A stretch of DNA of 64,000 nucleotides, taken from a virus. Lineage: Duplodnaviria > Caudoviricetes. Positions 57,759 to 64,000 of this stretch are shown piece after piece. Position numbers and translations under genes: made by a program. The stretch's first letter is position 1. Each line of letters opens with the position of its first letter. The stretch lies in IMG/VR virus record IMGVR_UViG_3300034101_006325, positions 64,001 to 128,000 of that record. One strand, given 5' to 3'. Under the pieces are notes generated by a model that searched no databases, was not told the origin of the DNA, and saw nothing but the letters and a program-made list of their open reading frames with translations.

Positions 57759-59828
57759 TTACCTCTCGAATTCACTATTATTAATTAAGTTTCTGATAGA
57801 ATCAATACTGTCATCTTGCGTTAAATTTTCTTCATTTTCACTTAGAATTTTTTTATCATTTTTTTGAATATCAATCTTTGTAGATAAATTTCTTAGAGCT
57901 GACATCACATCTGGCGGTAAAGAAGTTTTTGTTCTGCTAGAATATGAGTTTGATTCTTTGAGCGGATTTTTAGCAACTGACTTCAAATAATCGGCTCCTA
58001 TAGGATCTTGTCTTTGCAAAGATTTAATGCCTGTCATATCGACAAAGTCAGGCATGTGGGTTTCTCTAGAACCCCCTCTTCCTAAAGTTCTTCTTCTTGC
58101 CCTGTTTCTTTTATTCTTAAATAATTGATTTGTTGCCTTAACTGGTGCATCATCTTTTTCGTACAATGGTGCAATAAAATCTTCATCGTCAGGATTGTCA
58201 GCTGACATTAAAAGCTCTAGATCACTTTCATTTGGATCGTCTGCTGGATCATCGGATGCGAATAGATCTTCTTCGCCTCCTTTTTCTCCTTCTTTTCCTG
58301 CTGGTTTCTCTTCTTTTTCAGTCTCTTCGCCTCCGCCGCCTCCACCGAATAAATCTTCTTCTCCTTCACCTCCAGAAGATTCACCACCTTCAGCAGAACC
58401 TGACTCACTGCCAATAGCATTTTCAATTTCTTGATCAATGAGTTTTTCTTTGTATCTTTGCGCGTCGATTTCTTCAATTTCTTCGTCTGTAAGTCCCCAG
58501 ATCTTCTTACGAACAAATTGTTTGCTTCCCATTCCCTCTGGGACTGATCCAGCAATTTCAAACTTGGCTCTCCAAAGTTCAAGCTTCTGCTGTTGTGCTA
58601 CTGTTGATGGATTAGAGAGGTGCAGGGTAAAGTTCTGTAAATCTTCAGAATCAAAGCCATTGGAATATAGATGGATTATTGCAAGTTTATTTAATTCAGC
58701 AAGAAGAACCTTCTGAATAACGTTGATGGTTCTGGAAAAACGAATATCTTCTTGGGCTAAAGTAGCCTTGGATGAAAGCATTTCGTCGTAGCCAAGATAT
58801 GCCCTTGGTATCTTTAAAGCTGCGAAAAGCTTTTTTTGAATGTAAGCAACGTCTTCGACGGCAGCAGCATTTTGACCTCCGGCCAGAGTATCAATTTTCG
58901 TACCGCTATCACCGCCTCGAACAGGAATAAAATAATCATCCTCTATCGAAAGCGGAGCATATCGAAGATCAAGTCTACCTGTTGCCCTATCGACAACCTG
59001 GTTAGTCCTTAGATTCTTTCTCTGTTCTTCAACATACATTGGAACGTTTTCAGGTGGTATGTTGGCAACATCAATATAAAAGACTCTACGTTCAGGAGCA
59101 CGTACTACACGATATACCAACATAGCGTCCTCAATAAGGATCAATTGTCGCCAGATGCGGCGAGCTGGTTCGATTACTGATGATCCATAAGGAAGAAACA
59201 TATCATTGCCAAGAAGTCTAAAGTGTGTAACTTCCCAGTTTTCAAGTGTTCTATTACCAAGAGTAACCCATCGATAACGAACTGCAAAAGGATCATTAGG
59301 GTCATAGTTCTCCTCCCGCTCTATTTCATTTACAGGTATTGGGAAAGCATTTACGACGCCATACTGCGGGGAAACGTCATTGTAGAGAAAGAAATCTCCA
59401 TATTTGACGAGATTGCGTGCCCATGAGCGGAGATTAAACTCAACATTGAGCGTATTATAGAAGAGATCTTCGAGTATTTCTTTAATCTTTTCGTTATCAG
59501 AATAGACATGAAGGACACGCCCTTTGTCATCCTGCGCGACAGTTTCATCTGCGTAGATATCCATTGCAGCAGCAATTTCAGGAGTATACTCCATCTCTGC
59601 GAAATCCTGATATCTCATCAAACGTTCTGATAAGTTATAAGCATTTGCTGTTATTGTTGCGTATGTCGGTGCAAGAGACTTTTGAAAAAGTAAGGCGCCG
59701 CTGCTTTTGGTTTTATCAGCAACAGCAACTGCTGTATCCAAAGTTCGTATTTTTCTCTTTACGACTGGTCCGCTTCTAAAAAGCTTGGTTAATCTTTGGA
59801 ACAGCGACTGTGGTTCTTTTTTGGACAT
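57759..59828 (-). CDS. Portal protein (T4 gp20-like)
   Basis: PYGSSVIE, QLILIEDAMLVYRVVRAPERRVFYIDV, EDDYFIPVRG, TKIDTLAGG, YIQKKLFAALKIP, EDIRF. Confidence 0.96.
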   Translation of the reverse strand: MSKKEPQSLFQRLTKLFRSGPVVKRKIRTLDTAVAVADKTKSSGALLFQKSLAPTYATITANAYNLSERLMRYQDFAEMEYTPEIAAAMDIYADETVAQDDKGRVLHVYSDNEKIKEILEDLFYNTLNVEFNLRSWARNLVKYGDFFLYNDVSPQYGVVNAFPIPVNEIEREENYDPNDPFAVRYRWVTLGNRTLENWEVTHFRLLGNDMFLPYGSSVIEPARRIWRQLILIEDAMLVYRVVRAPERRVFYIDVANIPPENVPMYVEEQRKNLRTNQVVDRATGRLDLRYAPLSIEDDYFIPVRGGDSGTKIDTLAGGQNAAAVEDVAYIQKKLFAALKIPRAYLGYDEMLSSKATLAQEDIRFSRTINVIQKVLLAELNKLAIIHLYSNGFDSEDLQNFTLHLSNPSTVAQQQKLELWRAKFEIAGSVPEGMGSKQFVRKKIWGLTDEEIEEIDAQRYKEKLIDQEIENAIGSESGSAEGGESSGGEGEEDLFGGGGGGEETEKEEKPAGKEGEKGGEEDLFASDDPADDPNESDLELLMSADNPDDEDFIAPLYEKDDAPVKATNQLFKNKRNRARRRTLGRGGSRETHMPDFVDMTGIKSLQRQDPIGADYLKSVAKNPLKESNSYSSRTKTSLPPDVMSALRNLSTKIDIQKNDKKILSENEENLTQDDSIDSIRNLINNSEFER

Positions 59829-59896
59829 GTTATTTGCTCGCCTATTTAAGGACAGCTCTTTAAATACTAAATTAAAAATTCAATTTGTTATAATTT

Positions 59897-60238
59897 CTAC
59901 ACAACTTTCTTGCTTGGCTTCACAAGAATTTTTTTGGCAGCTGGTTTAACTTCTGGTTTTTGCTCTACTTTAATAAATGAATCAGACGTATCGGCAACTT
60001 TTTTTACCTCGTCGACGACGTCTTGAAGAAGTTTAGGAAGAGTTGTCTTTGATTCATCAAATGACATTAATTCATCCTTTAAAACATTGTTTTGAAAGTC
60101 TTCAACGGCCTTCAACAACCCTGCCAAGGAAACTTTTAATTGTCCTGATGCTTTGAGTGCTGTAGCATTATTTTCATTTAGCTTTTTAAATTCTTCAGCA
60201 ATCAATGTTTCTAAAAGTTTTTTTGTTAGCTTTGGCAT
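59897..60238 (-). CDS. Small putative head protein
   Basis: MPKLTKKLLETLIAEEFKKLNE start; GAGG SD. Confidence 0.7.
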   Translation of the reverse strand: MPKLTKKLLETLIAEEFKKLNENNATALKASGQLKVSLAGLLKAVEDFQNNVLKDELMSFDESKTTLPKLLQDVVDEVKKVADTSDSFIKVEQKPEVKPAAKKILVKPSKKVV

Positions 60239-60278
60239 TTGATCGAACCTCTTAGTTTCAATACATATTCACTACATA

Positions 60279-61880
60279 TCAACGATAAAGCCAAGAAAAA
60301 TCAGAAACATCAACATGTTTTATCTGAGAAGGATCTCTTGGCTTGTGCACATCTCTGGCATTAGGAATAAGTCCTTTAATGGCGGGATTTGTTAAAGGTC
60401 TTGCAGATGACAAGTCTCCTGGCATATTTTCATTTCTATGCACTTTGGTGGCTTTCAACATTGCCATCGCGACAGCCATGGCTTGATCATTATTGTTTGA
60501 CTCTCCTGCAACGAGCCAAGATCCAATAGCCAGACTCATTATTAGATCATCATGAGCATCTTTGGCAGCTTGAGCTCTATTACCGTTCCAAATAAATGCC
60601 TGCAATTGATCGTATAATCTTTGTGAATACACCTTGACAATAGAATTTCTTATCAGCTCTTCAAGTTTTGCAAGAATTTGAGTTCTTGATTTTTGCTGTG
60701 TAGAAAAACCAGGAATGGCATCTGGATTACTCGATCTAAACTCAAATAAATCTCCTGTTGCTCCCTGATAATACAATCTTGGATAACCTTCGTCTCTTAA
60801 TTTTACACATGTAAAATATCCAAAGGTATTTTGTTCGGGACATAGAAGTGCATCATTGTATTTTTTACCCCATTCAAACAAAAGATCTGCAAATTTATCT
60901 GGGGGTAATTTGCCCATAAATTCTGCAACAACTTCGCAATTTTCATTATCTATGACATGAAAAGCTGAGAAATCTCCTGCATCGCCGCGGGCGACGTCTG
61001 CAGAAATTACATATTTTTTACCTGATTCAGGCCGGCGCCACACCCAAACTCCGCTTTGAGGCCCAGCTTTTTCTATTGGATTTTTTATTGATTCTCTTAT
61101 GCTCTCTAAATCTTTTGATTGCAAAAAAGTATCGCCAGAAGATATAAAATCACAAAGAAACTCTTGAGAAATACTTCTCTTAGAAAGATTTCTTGTTTCT
61201 TTTACAAACCATTCTTCGTCGTGCTCTGGGTGCACATACCATGGTAATTTTATGGTATTGAACTCATTTTGTTTTGTTTCGCCCTCCATCCACAAGCGGT
61301 AATATTGACCACCCACACCATTTGGTGTTGAAATAATAATAGCATTACCTCCAGTAGACAGAGTAGGATACAAACCTGTCCAAATATCTTCAAAGTCTCT
61401 AATGAATGCAGCCTCATCGACTATTAGAAGTGAAAGAGCTTCAGAACGACCTGCATCTGGGGACGTTGGAATGGCTGTTATATTTGAACCATTGTGAAAT
61501 CTTATGGACTGTTTTGTGGGTTCATATTTGGTAAGAAGCAGCCAGTTGGGCAATCCTTCAAGCATGATCTTTACCTTTTTGATAAAGTTCATTGCTGTCT
61601 GAAGCTTGGTAGCAATTACCAAGATATTTTTATCTTTTTTAAAGATTGCAAACCATGTTGCATAAGCTGCAGTAACAGTTGATAAACCTAGCTGACGAGA
61701 TTTAAGCACTATATTAAAACGATTTTTCTCAAATGAAGCTACACATTCATCCTGAAAATCATAAGTTTCAAATGGAATTAGACCCCGCAGCATGTGCTGG
61801 ATCTTCACGTATTTCTTCATGAAGTAGACGGGGTCTTTGCCACACCGAAGTATTTCGGCAATTTGTTCTTTTTTTGTCAT
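60279..61880 (-). CDS. Terminase large subunit (T4 gp17-like)
   Basis: DPVYFMKKYVKI, KSRQLGLST (Walker A), LLIVDEAAFI (Walker B), IISTPNG, ISADVARG and HDDLIMS nuclease motifs; no intein seen. Confidence 0.97.
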   Translation of the reverse strand: MTKKEQIAEILRCGKDPVYFMKKYVKIQHMLRGLIPFETYDFQDECVASFEKNRFNIVLKSRQLGLSTVTAAYATWFAIFKKDKNILVIATKLQTAMNFIKKVKIMLEGLPNWLLLTKYEPTKQSIRFHNGSNITAIPTSPDAGRSEALSLLIVDEAAFIRDFEDIWTGLYPTLSTGGNAIIISTPNGVGGQYYRLWMEGETKQNEFNTIKLPWYVHPEHDEEWFVKETRNLSKRSISQEFLCDFISSGDTFLQSKDLESIRESIKNPIEKAGPQSGVWVWRRPESGKKYVISADVARGDAGDFSAFHVIDNENCEVVAEFMGKLPPDKFADLLFEWGKKYNDALLCPEQNTFGYFTCVKLRDEGYPRLYYQGATGDLFEFRSSNPDAIPGFSTQQKSRTQILAKLEELIRNSIVKVYSQRLYDQLQAFIWNGNRAQAAKDAHDDLIMSLAIGSWLVAGESNNNDQAMAVAMAMLKATKVHRNENMPGDLSSARPLTNPAIKGLIPNARDVHKPRDPSQIKHVDVSDFSWLYR

Positions 61881-62293
61881 GCTAATTCAAATGCAGTTTT
61901 TCTTCGATAGTAAGCCGTTCTTTTTGGATTGTGTACTGCAAATCCAATTATCTCTAAAGAATCGCTGGTGGAATATTCCTTTGACTTCAGTGTTTTTCCT
62001 GAAAGCTCCGAATAAACAGCTTTCACATTCTTTAGAGCAGCATTAATTATTTCAATTGATTCAGACTCGTACATCTGTTTCATCAATGCCATCTCTTTTT
62101 CTGTTCCAAAATTTACAATAGCTGCATATGATGCAGTTAAAATAGGAGAACCATCTTCGCCTTCTGCACTGCTTCCTAACGCAGATGACAGTGTAAATTT
62201 GACGGAATAGGAAGCCGTTTTTGGTGTCGATGTCCTGCCCCAGGATGTATCAATTGCTTGTCCAAGAGCATTGTAGTCAATATTGGATGCCAT
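61877..62293 (-). CDS. Hypothetical protein
   Basis: 138 aa, GGAG SD, ATATTTA at 62308-62314; 4-nt overlap with the terminase. Confidence 0.75.
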   Translation of the reverse strand: MASNIDYNALGQAIDTSWGRTSTPKTASYSVKFTLSSALGSSAEGEDGSPILTASYAAIVNFGTEKEMALMKQMYESESIEIINAALKNVKAVYSELSGKTLKSKEYSTSDSLEIIGFAVHNPKRTAYYRRKTAFELA

Positions 62294-62320
62294 GTGTGTT
62301 CTCCATCTAAATATAATTAA

Positions 62321-62626
62321 TTATTCAAACTGAATTACTTTACTCACAAATTGACGATTCTGAACAGAAATTTCAATCTGATTTTTTGTAGGTCTCCAAC
62401 CTTTTTCCCATTCTACCTTGTGTGAATAAGCCCAAGTATCTGCACACGTTGAACAACAACCAAATTTTTTATGTGATTCTTCATCATCTTTTGTTGAATA
62501 TCTAATTTCACAGACATCACAAAAAATAGGTGTGTATTTTTTTTCATCGAAATTTTCAGGAATTATAACGCTATAATCCTCACAAATTTTTATCTTTCTA
62601 TTTCTTGTATAAGGTGACCACGTCAT
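62321..62626 (-). CDS. Small Cys-rich (CxxC...CCxxC) protein
   Basis: CDVC and CCSTC motifs; 4-nt overlap with the upstream gene. Confidence 0.7.
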   Translation of the reverse strand: MTWSPYTRNRKIKICEDYSVIIPENFDEKKYTPIFCDVCEIRYSTKDDEESHKKFGCCSTCADTWAYSHKVEWEKGWRPTKNQIEISVQNRQFVSKVIQFE

Positions 62627-63999
62627 TGTAGATCTCCGAAAATAATTTGTGCGTCTTTTTCAACCTTGGTTATGTCTAAAACATGATCGACAACGTCTTT
62701 GATGCCATCAACATGGGTTATAACAATAATAACCTTAAAATATCTTTTAAGAGATGTAAGCAATCTATTACATGATTCAACAGCAGAATCATCTAGAGTT
62801 CCGAACCCTTCATCTATAATAAAAAGATCTGGTTTTGGAAGAGAAGAAATATTAATCATGGCAACTCTAACTGCAAGAGAAGTTATTGTCTTTTCCATTC
62901 CTGAACAGAGTTCTATTATTCTTCTAGAATCACCATAATTAATGTAAATTTCGGTTGTGTCGGAGTCTTCTTCGTTCTCTAGCTCAACAGAAAAATCGAC
63001 TATTCCTTGCAATATTTTTGCAATTTCAGAATTTATTGCAGGAAGTTGTGAACGTGTAACAGCAAGTGGAATTCCTTTCTTAGAAAAAGCAGAAACAATT
63101 ATTTCGTTAACCTTGAGCTCCTCTAAAATTTTGTCTCTATTTAGTTTTTCTTCTATAAATTTTTCCAAATTAGCATTTAATTTGCCTTGCTGAGATGCAA
63201 TTTCCATTTTTTTAGAATCAATATTGTCAATTAATTTAGACAAAACTTCTAATTTTTCTTTGATAGAAACAGCCTCTATATTTTCTTGATTTTTTAAAGA
63301 CTGTTCTAGATTACCAAGGCGCAATCTAGCGCTTTGCAGTTCGGAAAAAATTCCATCCGATATAGACTTCTTTTTTAGATAATCATTTTCTTTTTTAGAT
63401 ACCTCAAATTTTAACTTTATCTCTAAGTCAATTAATTTCTCAATTTTTTCAAGTCTATCGATAAATCCACTTGATGTTATTGAATCTAAATTTTCGACTG
63501 CTTTATCAAGATTTGACTTAGCAAGTTTTACAGAATTAATTTGAATAATTTGCTTTTCTTTGTTGACATGAGCGTCTTTAATAAATTTGCAAGTAGGGTA
63601 TTGGTCGCCACAAGGAACTTCATCAAGTATCTTTAAAGACTTTTTTTGCTGTTCAAGAATAGATTCTTCTTTTTCAAAATTATGTCTAAGCGTTAAAAGA
63701 GAAGTTTCAAGTTGTCGATACTGCTCTTTTCTTTTCTTTAGATCTTCAATGTCATTGTTGTCTTTTACATCGGAGATCTTCTCAAGTTTAAGATTGACTT
63801 CAATAATTTCTTGTTGAAGTTTTTCAACTTGCTCAATAGACTGGTCATAGTTTGTCTGCAATTGATTAATTTTTTGTCTTAACGCATCAAGTGTTTCTTT
63901 TGAAACTGCAACGTATGGTCCTAATTTACTGATTTCTGATTGAAGACGTGAGTATTCAGCTCTTTTTTCTTCAGCATCTTGACTTAGATTTTTAAGATC
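62623..63999 (-). CDS. sbcC: SbcC/Rad50/gp46-like ATPase, C-terminal part (runs off the window end)
   Basis: Frame open to the window edge; coiled coil, CGDQYPTC hook, CSGME signature, FIIDEGFGTLD (Walker B/D-loop), VITH (H-loop). Confidence 0.92.
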   Translation of the reverse strand, partial: DLKNLSQDAEEKRAEYSRLQSEISKLGPYVAVSKETLDALRQKINQLQTNYDQSIEQVEKLQQEIIEVNLKLEKISDVKDNNDIEDLKKRKEQYRQLETSLLTLRHNFEKEESILEQQKKSLKILDEVPCGDQYPTCKFIKDAHVNKEKQIIQINSVKLAKSNLDKAVENLDSITSSGFIDRLEKIEKLIDLEIKLKFEVSKKENDYLKKKSISDGIFSELQSARLRLGNLEQSLKNQENIEAVSIKEKLEVLSKLIDNIDSKKMEIASQQGKLNANLEKFIEEKLNRDKILEELKVNEIIVSAFSKKGIPLAVTRSQLPAINSEIAKILQGIVDFSVELENEEDSDTTEIYINYGDSRRIIELCSGMEKTITSLAVRVAMINISSLPKPDLFIIDEGFGTLDDSAVESCNRLLTSLKRYFKVIIVITHVDGIKDVVDHVLDITKVEKDAQIIFGDLQ

Positions 64000-64000
64000 T

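Noticed and set aside
1-64000. CRISPR array, tRNA genes, group I/II introns, inteins
   Set aside because: No repeat-spacer periodicity or cloverleaf other than the tmRNA was seen. RecA (partial), terminase, portal, capsid and the PolA-like gene are uninterrupted and lack intein termini. This was a by-eye scan only.
1-64000. Stop-codon reassignment (seen in some jumbo phages)
   Set aside because: Conserved genes translate full-length in code 11, and TAA, TAG and TGA all terminate genes.
1-64000. Eukaryotic giant virus, or host-encoded eCIS/tailocin locus
   Set aside because: T4-like capsid, portal, protease and terminase together with SD sequences and a tmRNA indicate a bacteriophage.

Overview
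This 64 kb window comes from a large T4-like (myovirus-type, probably jumbo) tailed phage genome. It uses the standard genetic code and almost every gene is on the minus strand. Left to right it holds: a recombination/replication block (RecA/UvsX, gp32-like SSB, HD hydrolase, minimal PolA-like protein); a contractile-tail module (baseplate hub, LysM-like protein, large baseplate protein, 1807-aa tape measure, tail chaperone pair, HNH homing endonuclease, tail tube, two tandem ~1030-aa sheath genes, gp15/14/13-like neck genes, fibre-like proteins); an accessory island at ~39.4-49.1 kb; and a head/packaging module (Hef-like endonuclease, gp23 capsid, scaffold, gp21 protease, gp20 portal, gp17 terminase) ending in a partial SbcC/gp46. 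Most notable observations: (1) an unannotated one-piece tmRNA (tag ANDNGYVPVNLAA) carrying both signatures of the normally permuted two-piece alphaproteobacterial tmRNAs; (2) a three-gene lipoprotein(CxxCH)/lipoprotein/Tat-protein envelope operon that looks myxobacterial; (3) two convergent protein-kinase-like genes sharing an N-terminal motif with several small putative head proteins, suggesting packaged effectors; (4) a probable +1 programmed frameshift in the tail chaperone; (5) a recurrent ATANTTA promoter-like motif. All product calls come from motif recognition by eye; no database searches were run.
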